64,000 bases of DNA from Felis catus. Lineage: Eukaryota. The notes below the pieces were generated by a model. That model saw only the letters and a list, made by a program, of their open reading frames with translations, searched no databases and was not told the origin of the DNA. The DNA is taken from assembly GCF_018350175.1 (NCBI RefSeq), contig NC_058368.1:74154001-74218000 (forward strand), written 5' to 3'. The position numbers and the translations under genes were made by a program. Shown one piece after another: positions 25,615 to 38,423 of the stretch (positions within the stretch are counted from its first letter, which is position 1; each line of letters opens with the position of its first letter).

Positions 25615-28157
25615 TATCGTTCTTTAACCAATGAGGTGAAGTGACCTGTGTAGAAGAACTCAGGCCCTAGGAGCCCAGATAGGGAAAAGGGGGAACAAAG
25701 CTCTTTGTTCTGAATTAAACAAAGTGCTGCGTGCCCTTGGCCACTGACCCTGTGCCTAGAGGCCTCTCAGGGACGAAGGGCACAGGTGCTCTGTGAATCA
25801 GGGTCTGGGTGCCTCCCTTGCTTTTGTCTGCCTGTCCACGCAAACCTTATCTTTTAATGAGATCTCAGCTATTAGAAATCCTTTCAGGTTGTGGGAGGGT
25901 TGAAGTTCTTGGGGCATTTTCTTTTTTCCTATTACTTGGGCCTCTATCAGCATATTGAATTTTGGTGTTTCATGGGACAACACACAGTTAACAGTGAATT
26001 ATGTCGCCCATTCTGCCTCCTCCATGAGCAAGTTATGCAGGCTTCTGGAAGGAGAGCATTAAAAACTCCTTAGCAGACCCCTTAATTTGGGTTGGCAAGA
26101 GAAAGAAGGGTAGAGGAATTGGAACATTCAGGTAAATGAATAATGAAAATGGGGGAATGCTGTGTTTCCAATCCTTCAGCAAAGAACACAAATTGACCAA
26201 ATTTCGCACTATTTCCATTAAGTTGCACAACTTGATTTTTTTCTCCTTGTGTAGTGTGGAGAACTTACACAAAGCACGTGGGCGTGTTCAAGCACGTGGC
26301 CAAAGGGACAAAACCAGTATGAGTCTAAGCAGAAAGAGGAGGGGGCTACTTAAAGAAAAAAGGGGGGGAAAAAGAGATTTAAGACACTTGCAAAACTTAT
26401 ACGGAACATTTAATAAATTTCTGGTATTTTGTCTGAAAAGAAGAAGGAGAAGTTTGGAGCTTTGGTAGCTCTCTATTATAGAGTAAGTCAGGTGAGAGAA
26501 ATCCTGTTTATTAGAAACTGCAATGAGTTACTTGCTGGGGGAAGAGAAAGGAGAGAAAGAGAAAGAGATAGCTAGAGAGAGAGATTGAGAGAGAGAAAGA
26601 GAGAGAGAGAGACCAAACACTGGGGTGGCTGAGCTGTTAGAGACCAGTTAATAGTAATAGTCGGGGCTTTCTGTATTTAGAGACTTTCCAGGAGACCCTA
26701 TACGTGCTGTGTGTTCTAGGTAAGTCTAGGTAAGTCTGGGTTCTAGGTAAGTCACTAAACCCAAGAAAATATGAGATAAGTAAACCATTTTATAATCAAC
26801 AAAACACCAGGGTGTTAAAATCAGTCTTTCTTCTTAATTTTGTCATACAATTTGTTTGTTGCTGTGTATATCTTATGGAGGATGCTTGTTAAAATGACTA
26901 TTTTTTAAAAAATTTTCTTTGCATTGCAACAGGCTGAAATGAGATCTCTAATCCTTCATATTACGCTGAGGAGAGATGAACAGTTTAGAAAAAATATGGT
27001 TTGCTGATCTAAAAATCACCAAAATTCTGTAGATTTCATATTAGAAATAAGTAAATATTTGATATTGTATAAAAATAGGTGAATTCATCTCTTCACCTGA
27101 CGCAAACACACACACACACGCACACGCACGCACGCACACATGTGTGAGTTTTATTTCTGAGCTTCTCCATGAATGAGAAAGTGTTCCTGATTTTTAAATG
27201 TTTGGATGATGAGGATAAAGTGATTAGGTTAGGTATCAGGATGTAATTTATTGTGAGGTTGGATCCTTTTTCATACAAGGGGTTTTATTCTGTTGTACAA
27301 AGTTCATAACGGATTTGATATTTTTTAAAATGTCAAATAACACCATTGGAAAACCTGTCTTATGTGAAAATACACAACTACAGAAAAATTTTTGCCTAGA
27401 GCCCATCTATTTTATCAGTCTCTTACTGTAAAAATTTTATCAGTCTTTCACACATAATGCCACACATGAGATACGTTCTGTCAGTGAGTATCTTTCTCTG
27501 TTGTCTGTCCCTGGAGCATACAGCTTTTGAACTCAGACGTCTTTGGTTTTATTGGGATCACATGCCTCATTTGGCATCTTTGTCAAATGGTCCGTGATTT
27601 ATTACATATCCTGGGGCTGCGCTTGCCGAACACAGTCATCTGCCCCAGAAGGTTCTGGAAGCTCTTCTAAGCCTTAGCATTTTCTGGATGGTCAGATTTG
27701 AAGTTTAATACTCGCTTCCAGACTTTTTACAGCTTAAGCATTTCTCAATAAATTTAACTATACTAGACCAATTTGTTCAACCTGACTCGGTGAACAGAAA
27801 AAAAAATAAGTTGCTAACCATGCCACGACTAAAACTCCACCGAGGGTTGCAAGATCCCAAGCAGCTACATTGGCTTCATGGTTGCCCCAGGTCAATCTTA
27901 CTGATAATGCAACAGCATATTTCCAATAATATTTTATAGCACATGGGCTGTTGAGGGGAAAAAAGATGTTTAGTCTTATAAGTTTTCGAGAAATGTCGTG
28001 TAACCTACACCCAACAACATGTACCTCCAGTCCCCGGAGAAACACTTGGCCAGTACTAGTCAACTAGTACTCTAGTACCTTTAAGACCTGTTACATCTTA
28101 TCTAACACATTTTTGTTTAAACTTCTTCAGTTACAAAGTTTCCCTTTTCACACATAA

Positions 28158-28229
28158 TCTATATCTGGCTGTTATAGATTCTATATCTGGCTGAAATAGA
28201 TTCTATATCTGGCTGATATAGATTCTATA
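28158..28229. repeat. 22-bp minisatellite, 3.3 copies
   Basis: Unit tctatatctggctgNNatagat at 28158, 28180, 28202, partial at 28224. Confidence 0.95.
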
Positions 28230-29311
28230 CTTGATCTTACCATTAACTCTCACTAGGACAGAATTTTGGAAATGCTGGAATAACACCATTTGGAGTTTGA
28301 TATATCTGATGTGCAATTCTCAGTTTTGTGTCCTGCACGTGTTCTATTATCTTAAAGATCATCTTTGTTGGTGACCCTGGCATCTTACAGTCTGCAGTCC
28401 CACAAGGCATGAATCAGTAGTAGTCAAAGTGGAAAAGCGAGTTAAGACAGAGAGGTATGTTTCGGAAGCCTGAAAGCTGGAATACGGTGACAGTGTGCTG
28501 TCCAACTTGAAATATAACGGAGTCTGTGGAGCTGTGTTTGGTTTTCAAAGTCCTACGACCAGGAGCCTTGTACAAGCCACCTGGGCCATGCTTTCTTCAT
28601 GAGCAATTTAGTTAGTATAACTCGTGAGGCATGCTTAAACTTCACGGCAAGACAGAGTCAACAAAAGTTAGCAGTGCGAATGTAGCCCGGATGAAGGAAT
28701 TGAATTGGTGTTTGCCTCTGTTGGTAATGACTACAAAAGTTCTTTCTAGAAATCCCAACACAGTGGCTATAAGTGCCTGTCCACACGGTAGGCAAAATAA
28801 AGATGACTAAAGGCACACACTTCAGGAAAACCGTAGGTGAAACTTCTAGTAAGGAAGCAGGCTGGGGATGATGAGAAATCATGGACAGAAAAAGGACAAA
28901 TATTTGCATCTTTAGAGACATCATGCTAAGAATGTTCATTCGTAAGAAATGGAATGATATAATTTCTGGCAAGTACAAATGTCTGGGTCTCACAGGCCAG
29001 GGCTGTGAAGGCAGCTCTTCTGGGCTACTATCACTCTCTAGTCTCTACAGTTCATCCCAACACGGTCGCTTGCCTCCTATCCAGCAGGGCTCAGTTACTA
29101 GCCACGCTGAGTTGCAAGTAGGTCAAAGAAATGTAACCTTATTCTGGGAGGTCAAGATCTAGGTAAAATCCTACCACTTGGAAATTGAGAAGCTGTCTCG
29201 GCTGCTTGACAACCCACTTAGCTACTCACCCCACCTACCCAAAGATTTCATCCAGCGCAAATTCCCGGATAGCTGGGTAATGTGCAGTGCTTGGTTAAGA
29301 TGCTGTGTCGA

Positions 29312-29472
29312 TCTTAAAAACTGAGAACAAACTGAGGGTTAATGAGAGGTGGGAGGGCGGGGAGGGTAGGTGATGGGCATTGAAAAGGGCATCTTTTGGG
29401 ATGAGCACTGCGTGTTGTACAGAAACTAATTTGACACTAAATTTCATATATTAAAAAAAAAAAGATTAAAAA
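29312..29472 (+). mobile_element. Felid L1 3' end, 5'-truncated
   Basis: gagaacaaactgagggt...gatgggcattga...gggatgagcactg...aatttgaca...A tail; perfect 15-bp TSD aagatgctgtgtcga at 29297-29311 and 29473-29487. Confidence 0.93.
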
Positions 29473-30059
29473 AAGATGCTGTGTCGAACCTCGTCTTCTT
29501 TAATCACCCACGGATGCAAAGACAAGTCATCGACAGCCACCACTTCTAATACACCTTTACAGGTGGGAACAGGATAACCACAACGCAAAACTCCTACTTG
29601 GGAAAGTTGTCACTCTTCCTTAGCAACTGCCAAATCTGTTAGGGAGGTGTTGGTGAATACCTCATTTTTGGCCATGGAAGAAATTATTTTTGACCTTCCG
29701 GATGCTTCTGTTTCTGTGATCTGGGAGGATCTCCCATATTTCTCCTCTGTGAGCACCTGATTCTGCCTGCGGGAAGATTCTTCCCCTCTGTTGTACTCCC
29801 TGGCCGGTCATGTCTAACATGGACAGGGGAGCTTGCTCTTTTTGGAGCTAATCAGACTTCTCAGGGTGTGGGTTTGGAGACCTAGGGTGTTTTAGATGTG
29901 AAAAAAGACATAGGTGTTTGCATAGCAGGCTTGCGGCTCCTTTGAAAACATAATTTTTTCACAAATTGTGTGTGCCCCGGCCCCTTTCCTGAACAGGTCA
30001 TCTCAGCTTTTAGCTTTCAAGTGACACATTGTGTCAGCTGGTTTCCCCATCCTATTATC

Positions 30060-30470
30060 CATTCCCCATCTTTGTCTCTCTTCCTGCCCCATCACCCAAA
30101 CAGGAGGAAAGGTGCAGGGTTGTCTCCGTTTTGGGACCTGCACCATCATCTTGTTGCTGGCCTGTCTCGTCACTGTTGTTGTAGCGGCTGAACTTGTAAT
30201 CGCTCTCCTGCTTCCTCTGTGGACGCCAGCTATCGCTCCCTTTCCTCGGGCTCCAGCCTGCTCATGGTCTTGGTGGCCTGTCCTTCCTCAGTACCCATCC
30301 TGGGGACTGTAGGCTGGTTCATCCAGCCCTCGCGATTGCATAATTTCCTGTGGTAAGTAAATAAATAATCCATATCTATATACCTGTCTATCTGTATCTT
30401 TACATGTCTGGACATCTGTGAAAATGCAATCTTCTATTGCTGCTTCCCTGGTTGAGGCTCTTTTGAGGAC
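30060..30470 (+). mobile_element. ERVL-type LTR fragment (LTR41/LTR52-like)
   Basis: tccagcctgctcatg...ccagccctcgcgattgcataa...aataaat...tgcttccctggttga resembles the 3' half of these LTRs. Confidence 0.55.
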
Positions 30471-30559
30471 TTGAATGGGGAGGGACTTGAATGGGGAGGC
30501 GCCATCTTTAATTTGAATTTGCTCTTGGGCTGACCCCCCTTCATCTGGCATGGAACTCT

Positions 30560-30767
30560 TTTGTAATTTTTTTCATATTTATTATTTATTTTTGAGAGAG
30601 AAAGAGACAGAATGTGAATGGGGGAGGGGCAGAGAGAGAGGGAGACACAGAATCCGAAGCAGGCTCCAGGCTCTGAGCTGTGGGAACAGAGCCCAACTCG
30701 GGGCTCAACTCCTGGACCCTTGAGATCGTGACCTGAGCCGAAGCTGGACTGAGCCACCCAGGCATTG
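30560..30767 (-). mobile_element. CanSINE with small internal deletion
   Basis: TSD ctggcat[g/a]gaact. Confidence 0.94.
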
Positions 30768-31307
30768 CTGGCATAGAACTTTTAATGAAAGGTAGTTTAA
30801 GAAGCTGTGGTCCTGTATTCTGTGGAGGTTGCTATTGAGAAGCCTTCGAAGATAAACGTCCTAGTTTTGGAAGGGAAATTATTTTATTTTTTCAGATCTA
30901 CAAGGCCCCTGCTTACTAGACTCTCAATCCGTTTACGGTATTGACCATGGATAGAGAGTGCCTCACTTATGCCTTCCCACAGTGGTGTGCAGAAAGGCTA
31001 GCACAGACATTGTTCATTTCTCCTCAGGGCATTGCTAAAGTGACAAGAAGCAGCCGGCAAAAATCAATAATGTGAGTTTTCTTAGTATTTCTTAGCATTT
31101 TCCCTAATGTTACTACATTAGATGACATGTGATCTGCCTCTTAAGAAACAGCAGGGGATACATTCATCAATGTTTTGTCCAGGTACAATACGTTTTCAGG
31201 TGGCAATAACTCAGACCATGAATTATCCCACCCAACCAATTCCACTAAGCAAATTCTATGAGTTTAGGTCCTCTTACTTGTAGCCTCCTTTTTCCAGGTA
31301 TCAAAAT

Positions 31308-31720
31308 CTTACATCGGTTGGGATTAGGTGTACCTATGAATACTAGCAATAGCTTCAGCACTTAAGAGTAGCTTAAATAAGACCCAGAGATTTTTACTCT
31401 TATGTTCCAGATGTTCAGAGGTAATCTGGATTAAGGTTCATATGTTTCACCATGGGGTCAAAGACTCAGGCTCCATCTGCCCTACTTTTCTGTGATTCTC
31501 CTTCCCAAGGTCATTTCATGTTCCAATATGGCTGCTCATTCCAGCCACCGATTCACGTTGCAGTCAGCAGAATTAGCGAGGCCAAAGGAAAAAAAAGAGC
31601 TCTGTCTTTAAAGACACTGGTTAGAGGGGCATAATTACTTCCTGTAACACAGTGAAGGAGCATTAACTCTTTCTGCCACTTAAGTGCCATGTGATCTGTA
31701 AAGCTATGCGCTGGGGGAAA
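31308..31720 (-). mobile_element. MaLR LTR (MLT1J/K-like)
   Basis: gtagcttaaataaga...gactcaggctcc...caatatggctgct...ccagcca motifs. Confidence 0.65.
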
Positions 31721-32613
31721 AAAAAAGACACAGAGATTCCACAAACAGCTGTTACAGCTGCAGAACAGACACTGTCCTTCACAGTCAGAGTTCTCTTATA
31801 GCGTCACCCATTCAGCATGGACATCTGAAAATGACAGAAACACAAGGTGTGTTATAAGTTTATTTTAACTCTGGATAGTTTTATATTTTCATGGCAGCAT
31901 CGGAGATGTTTAAGAAAACAAAGCTGTAATTGACTTTCACTTTATGTGTTGGCATCACCACTATTTTTGTTGTTTAAGCTCATTTGAATATTAAAAACAT
32001 AAAAAGAAGAAATTTAGATGTCAACATTATTCTCAGGCTCAGTGGTGAGCAAAATAAAGGTCGTTTATACAAAACAGTTTATATTTGACTTCCTATGGGA
32101 AAGCTCCGAGCTAGACAAGGTAATGATTAGACCAAATTGGAACTTAATGTTAATGCTTCTTGTTAAAATGGAAAGTATCAGTTCAGGTTATCTGGAGGCC
32201 ACTGAGAATACCTTCTATGTATGGCCAAACAGCCTTTTCCGAAAAGACAAGTTACCTAGATTGAATTGACGCTTTCAGGCTTCGCTGGCATGGTAAGTGG
32301 ACACAAAAATAGTTTCATTTTGAAGATGGAGATCAGCTAAGAGGCACTGAAGAATAAGGGTGGAACTAGAGAACTGAACTCAGCAGTGAGATGGGGAGTT
32401 AAGTTTGTAGTGCTCACTGAATTCCTGCAGCCTAGTGTATTTTTGTTGTTTTTGTTTGTGTGTGTTTGAAATTTCACAAATTATCAGAATGTAAAATAGA
32501 TTCAGAACATTCATAATATGGTGAATTCAATATCCTTAAATTCCATCTACTAAAAAACACAAAAAATATACTAAAGTATAGAAATGTAAGAAAAGGCAAG
32601 AAGTCTTTGAAAG

Positions 32614-32615
<2 letters not shown>

Positions 32616-32650
<35 letters not shown>
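32616..32650. repeat. (TA)n microsatellite
   Basis: Direct. Confidence 0.95.
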
Positions 32651-32654
<4 letters not shown>

Positions 32655-33919
32655 GTATTTATTCACAGAAGTAAAATAGAAGTATTCACATAAGTAAAAA
32701 TCACTAATCCCTAGTGATCAAAATTTCCTTACTAATGAGCCTAATTCGGGGCACAGAGGACATAGTTTGGTAAGTCTAATTGAGATCCCTATAGAAACTT
32801 TCCGTGATTACATACTTGGTGAAAGTTTACAACACAAAGTAATAAGGATGCTCGCTTGTCTTGATTTTGGACTAGAGTACAAAGAGTAGCACTTCTTATG
32901 AATTTCTGGCTACGAATGAAAGAAAAGCTCTCAAGTGAGTAACCATCTATAAAGCATAAAAACTATCAGGCGATCATTGATTTTAAAGTGGTCCCAATTA
33001 GGAAGTTATCCTTGCTGCTTGGGAAAGGGTAACACATTTTCCCTTGGCAGGTGTGCACTTTCAACCCACACTTTAAAGGAGTCTCACTAATCAAAAGCTG
33101 TAAAGCACATGAGAAAAAGTATCAGCATTAGAACACTCAAAAGAAATAACCAAAATCTAAAAAAAAATCTAGAAGAATCAGACATTCAAAGACTGGATAT
33201 TAGAAATACATGCTACAAAGTATAAAATACACGATTTAATAATGCTTAAGGAAATCTAAAAAAACTTCAAAATGTGCTGCAGAAAAATGAAATGAAAACA
33301 AAGTCCATTATATTTGATACTAAGGCCCACATACAATTCTAGAAATGAAATATATAGTAATTACATTTGGAAGACCAATGATTGGTCAGAAGTTTATGAC
33401 CAAATGGAAGAATTACGAGAAAACTATAAATAAATTCTTTCGAATATAGCACAGAAGTTCATAGAGATTAAATATGGAGAAGTTACGCAGGTAGCAAAAT
33501 AATATATATTTAATTAGAGTTGAGAAGATTATAAAAAGGCAAGTTTTGAAGAGAATATTGATTGAAATCTTCCAAAATGGATACAGGGCACCAATCTTTA
33601 GATTCACAGATGCAAACAAATGTTTGGCAAGATAAGTACAAGGAAATCTTTACACCAAAAAACATGATAGTGAAAGCAAGGCAAAAATCAGGCACCTGGA
33701 AATACTAAAGTGAAAGAAAAAGAGGGAGATCTGAATAGCAGTTCAAGGGAATAAGAGAGATTACCTACAAAGGGATGGCAATTAGGCAAATAACTGATTT
33801 CTCAACAGGAATCATGGAAGCCAAAAAATAATGAAAGCGTTTCTTCAAAGTGATCACATAAAATAACTGTTAATCTAGAATTGCATGCTCAGCAACCTAT
33901 CTTTAAAAAAGAAAGAATA

Positions 33920-34139
33920 GGGGCGCCTGGGTGGCGCAGTCGGTTAAGCGTCCGACTTCAGCCAGGTCACGATCTCGCAGTCCGGGAGTTCGAGCCCCGC
34001 GTCAGGCTCTGGGCTGATGGCTCAGAGCCTGGAGCCTGTTTCCGATTCTGTGTCTCCCTCTCTCTCTGCCCCTGCCCCGTTCATGCTCTGTCTCTCTCTG
34101 TCCCAAAAATAAATAAACGTTGAAAAAAAAAATTAAAAA
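33920..34139 (+). mobile_element. Young felid CanSINE
   Basis: CpGs intact; TSD aaaaaagaaagaata 33905-33919 and 34140-34154. Confidence 0.97.
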
Positions 34140-34749
34140 AAAAAAGAAAGAATAAATGAAAGCATTTTCAGACAACATAAAAGCCTATTTACCATTAACG
34201 GATTTTAGCAAAGAATTTTCTAAGTGTTACAGTATAGGAGGAAGAAAAATGACCTCTTATGAAAAAGGAATAATGAGCAGGAAAGTCTGATAACATACTG
34301 ATTTTATGCATCATGACAAAAAGTCTGATTTATGCAATAAAAACAAGGCAGAAAAAGAATCTCAGTTAAAATATCTTATTGTCTTTGGGTGGTTAGGAGG
34401 AGACTAAGATAAGAATTCATGTTTTACGTTGTGAAATTAAACATCCTTGGTAAACTAGTAAGGCAACTACCTAATAGAAGTGTATCTTCCAAAATGATAG
34501 AAAAGTTGAACTTTAGGGGCAAAAATCAGTTTAATCAATACAAATAAATTAAGAAATGAAAAAAATGATTATAAAAACTCATGTGAGACAATTATTATAA
34601 AATGTTAAAAGTAAATGTAAATGAAATCATAGTCACAATGCATATATATATGGACTAAATTCTTTTTTGTTAAAGGTGATGTTTAATACCAGATCGTATT
34701 AAAAATCACTGTAGACTGTTTATAGTGTTAATAAGAAGCACACGATATT

Positions 34750-34996
34750 GGGGTGCCTGGGTGGCTCAGTAGGTTAGGACTCCAACTTCAGCTCAGGTCA
34801 TGATCTCACAGCTTGTGAGTTTGAGCCCCGCATCAGGCTCTGTGCTGACAGCTCAGAGCCTGGAGCCCGTTTCAGATTCTGTGTCTCCCTCTCTCTGTGC
34901 CCCTCCCCCACTCATGCTTCATCTCTCTCTTTCTCAAACATAAATATTTAAAAAGTTAAAAAAAAGCAAAAAAAAAACCCCAAAAACAAAAACAAA
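34750..34996 (+). mobile_element. CanSINE
   Basis: Full body and extended A/C tail. Confidence 0.95.
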
Positions 34997-35088
34997 AAAC
35001 ACTATTTAACAGTAGAAATGTGTAAGAATTTCTACTTAATTTCACAAATGTTTTGCAGCTGTACTAACATCATATAAACTGGACTTTA

Positions 35089-35297
35089 GGGGCGCCTGGG
35101 TCTTTCAGTGGGTTAAGCGTCTGACTTCAGTTCAGGTCATGATCTCATGATCTGTGAGTTCCAGTCCCACCTCAGGTTCTGTGCTGACAGCTCAGAGCCT
35201 GGAACCTGCTTCAGATTCTGTGTCTCCCTCTCTCTCTGCCCCTCCCCACTCACACTCTGTCTCTCTCTCAAAAATGAATGAATATTAAAACAATTTT
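35089..35297 (+). mobile_element. CanSINE
   Basis: TSD-like aaactgga[c/a]ttta. Confidence 0.95.
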
Positions 35298-35574
35298 ATA
35301 AAACTGGAATTTAGCCAAAAAGTATTTCTAAGATATAAAGATGGCAACTACCCAATGATTAAAGTTTTAATTCACTAGGAAGAGACAACAATTCTAACCT
35401 TGATTTATACTAATAACAGCTTCGAAATACATAAAGAAAAAACCTGCAGGACTACTAGGAGAAATGAGCAAAATCTGGCATCATTGTTTAACATCCTTTC
35501 TTCAGTAATTTTTAAATGGGATGAATAAATAGGCTGCAACAGATTTGAGCAACACAACAGATTGCTCTATTTTA

Positions 35575-35799
35575 TTTTATTAAAAAATTTTTTTTAAACA
35601 TGTATTTATTATTGAGAGACAGAGACACAGAGCATGAGCAGGGGAGGGGCCGAGAGATGGAGACACACAGAATCCGAAGCAGGCTCCAGGCTCCGAACTG
35701 TCAGCACAGAGCCTTATGCAGGGCTTGAACTCACAAACCACGAGATCATGACCCGAGCCGAAGTCGGATGCTCAACCGACTGAGCCACCCAGGCGCCCC
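35575..35799 (-). mobile_element. CanSINE
   Basis: TSD cagattg[c/t]tctatttta. Confidence 0.96.
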
Positions 35800-35870
35800 C
35801 AGATTGTTCTATTTTAAAGTTAGCAATTTCCCCCCAAGTGTACATGGACTATCATGAAAATTAACCAAGT

Positions 35871-35938
35871 TTTAGTAACTATCAGAGAACCATTATCAAA
35901 TTAATTTAGTAACTATCAGAGAACCATTATCAAATTAA
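35871..35938. repeat. Perfect 34-bp tandem duplication
   Basis: tttagtaactatcagagaaccattatcaaattaa x2. Confidence 0.95.
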
Positions 35939-36194
35939 TTAGAAATCAGTTCTAGAATGTCAAATTAAAAACTCCATATATTTGGACATTAAAATAAGAC
36001 TGAACCTAACCAAAAAATTTTAAGTAAACATGAAGGGGTTGAAGTAAAAAATATAGAATATGTCCTTATTTATCTTTATATTCATGTTTAGATATATGTA
36101 TATATTTATTATCAATTGGATACTATTAATCCAATGGTTAACATTAGAAGAGGGTTTAAACCTCTTGGTTTTCCATAGTTTGTTCTCTATTTTA

Positions 36195-36231
36195 TTTTAT
36201 TTTTAAAGTTTTATTTTATTTCAACAGGGAC

Positions 36232-36262
<31 letters not shown>

Positions 36263-36429
36263 CCAAGTGTGGGAGGGACAGAAAGAGAGGGAGAGAGAGC
36301 GCATCCCAAGCAGGCTCCACACTGTCAGCACAGAACCCAGTGTGGGCTTGCTCTCATGAACCGTGAGATCATGACGTGAGCTGAAGTCAAGAGTTGGAAC
36401 CTTAACTGACTGAGCCAACCAGGTGTCCC
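36195..36429 (-). mobile_element. CanSINE
   Basis: TSD tg[t/g]tctctatttta. Confidence 0.95.
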
Positions 36430-37368
36430 TGGTCTCTATTTTAAATATTTCCCTTCTTTTTAGTTCTGTCCTTTCACATTCAGAATCTTATCCCATATGC
36501 TTCATTGGATCTTAACCACCTTTGCTTTTCCTAAGCTAAACATTAAATTACTGTGTGGTTGAAATATAGCCTCACATTTCTACTCTACTCTAGCTGGGCT
36601 CAGGAGGGAGAGTTTGGATCTGGAGACAGTCAACGCAAGTTCCAATTCAGGCTCTGATAGTTCTCTGACCATGGACAAATTATTTGCGTATGGTTCTCTC
36701 AGTTCTACAAGAGAAATGCTAACACTTCCTTTGTATGTAAAGCTCCAGATTCACCGTATGACCCCATTAAATATTTTGTAATGAGAAAAGCTTAAAATCA
36801 CTAAGGTAACTCATTGTAAATCTTGATGCCAGTCCTGATTAGTTATGTCACATTTGGCAGTTACCTAAATTCCTAAACCCAAATTATCTTTAGTTCTAAA
36901 ATAAAAAGATCACTCTTACCGCTGTGATAAGGATCAGCCAGATACTGTGTGTGGGAAATTGTTGCTAAGTATTGTCGTTGCTTCATTTGGTGTTATTTTT
37001 GTTAGTGAAAAACAGACTTGGCAACCAAACTGATAAAAACTTGTAGTGATAGAATTTCAGAATGTGTAATGATTGACAAAAGGAATGTATCTATTTCTAT
37101 TTAGGAAAACAATGGCTTGTAAATCCAGTTTAGTCTACGTAGGGCCATTGGAATATACTAATGGGAAAAAAATCTTTCCTTCTCAACAAACTTAAACGTG
37201 AGTAACTTGAACTTTTGCTCATTACCCCTTCCCTGTACCTTCATTCAGTATGGATTGACAGTTTTCAAACATGAGATCATGTACTGGTAAAATATTTTTT
37301 TTAATGTATCAGTGTCAGTGCTTTTAAACGGCTGAAATCAATTGCTTTGAACACAGAAAGCAACTCTA

Positions 37369-37592
37369 TTTTTTTTTTCATTTTTTTTTCAACGTTTATT
37401 TATTTTTGGGACAGAGAGAGACAGAGCATGAACGGGGGAGGGGCAGAGAGAGAGGGAGACACAGAATCAGAAACAGGCTCCAGGCTCTGAGCCATCAGCC
37501 CAGAGCCTGACGCGGGGCTCGAACTCCCGGACTGCGAGATCGTGACCTGGCTGAAGTCGGACGCTTAACCGACTGCGCCACCCAGGCGCCCC
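37369..37592 (-). mobile_element. Young felid CanSINE
   Basis: Perfect TSD agaaagcaactcta 37355-37368 and 37593-37606. Confidence 0.97.
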
Positions 37593-37764
37593 AGAAAGCA
37601 ACTCTAAATGACATCAGCATAATACTTACAGATTTGGTAGAATAGGATATCCTAGAATATCCCTTATCATCTTTCTGATCTATCCAAAATTAATTTTATT
37701 GAGTTCGGGAGCTTAATTTGGGTGGTGAAGTCTCTTAAAAATTATAGTCTCTTAATGTTATTCT

Positions 37765-37975
37765 ACAATAAAAGTTTGGTAAATTATGTTCTATGGGCCA
37801 AATATGGTTGTCTGCCTGGTTTGGTACATGAAATTGTATTGAAACACAGTCACACCCCTCATTTATATATTTCTCTGGTGGTTTTCGTGCTAAAACAGCT
37901 GAATTCACTGTATGAACACAGGGTATAATATGATGACTATCTGATCTTCTACAGACACAGTTGCCCACTCTTGTT
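37765..37975. mobile_element. MER58A-like hAT-Charlie element
   Basis: atgggccaaat...ctgcctggtttggtac...tattgaaacacagtcacaccc...catttata. Confidence 0.7.
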
Positions 37976-37995
37976 CTATGATTAAAATTAGTAAG

Positions 37996-38212
37996 GGGGC
38001 GCCTGGGTGGCTCAGTCGGTTGAGCGTCCGACTTTGGCTCAGGTCATGATCTCACAGTTCCAGAGTTTGAGCCCTGCGTCAGGCTCTGTGCTGACAGCTT
38101 GGAGCCTGAAGCCTGCTTTTGATTCTGTGCCTCTGTCTCTCTCTGCCCCTCCCTCGCTTGCACTTGGTCTCTCTCTATCTCTCTCAAAAATAAACATTAA
38201 AATTTTTTTTTT
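37996..38212 (+). mobile_element. CanSINE
   Basis: TSD aattagtaag. Confidence 0.95.
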
Positions 38213-38423
38213 AATTAGTAAGGAGAAAATTTCTTACAGTGTTTAGCAAAAGATATTTCTTCACTTGTTATTCTCCCTGTTTTCTTTCCTATATCTAGAA
38301 AAACATTTGAAATGCTTTAGATCATGTTGTCATCCATTTGTATAATGTAACATAATTAATTAATAATTAATGTAATGGAATATATAATAAAATATATAGA
38401 CATATATTGTAAAGATTTTATTT

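Larger units (their letters stand above)
29490..31305 (-). mobile_element. MaLR (MLT1) internal region, interrupted
   Basis: gacaagtcatc...ggtgggaacaggataaccacaa...aactcc at one end; ttccaggtatcaaaatct junction next to an MLT1 LTR at the other. Confidence 0.6.
33090..36050 (+). mobile_element. Old L1M ORF1 to ORF2-endonuclease region, decayed, hosting four SINEs
   Basis: A-rich sense L1 motifs: aattctagaaatgaaa, agattacctacaaaggga...ctgatttctcaacag, taataacagcttcgaaatacataaag. Confidence 0.7.

Noticed and set aside
28158..28229. CRISPR-like palindromic repeats
   Set aside because: Units are contiguous with no spacers and no cas genes; ordinary minisatellite
30031..30415. Coding-looking GC-rich ORFs (possible processed pseudogene or membrane peptide)
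   Set aside because: Better explained as an ERVL LTR41/52-like fragment; no parent protein recognised
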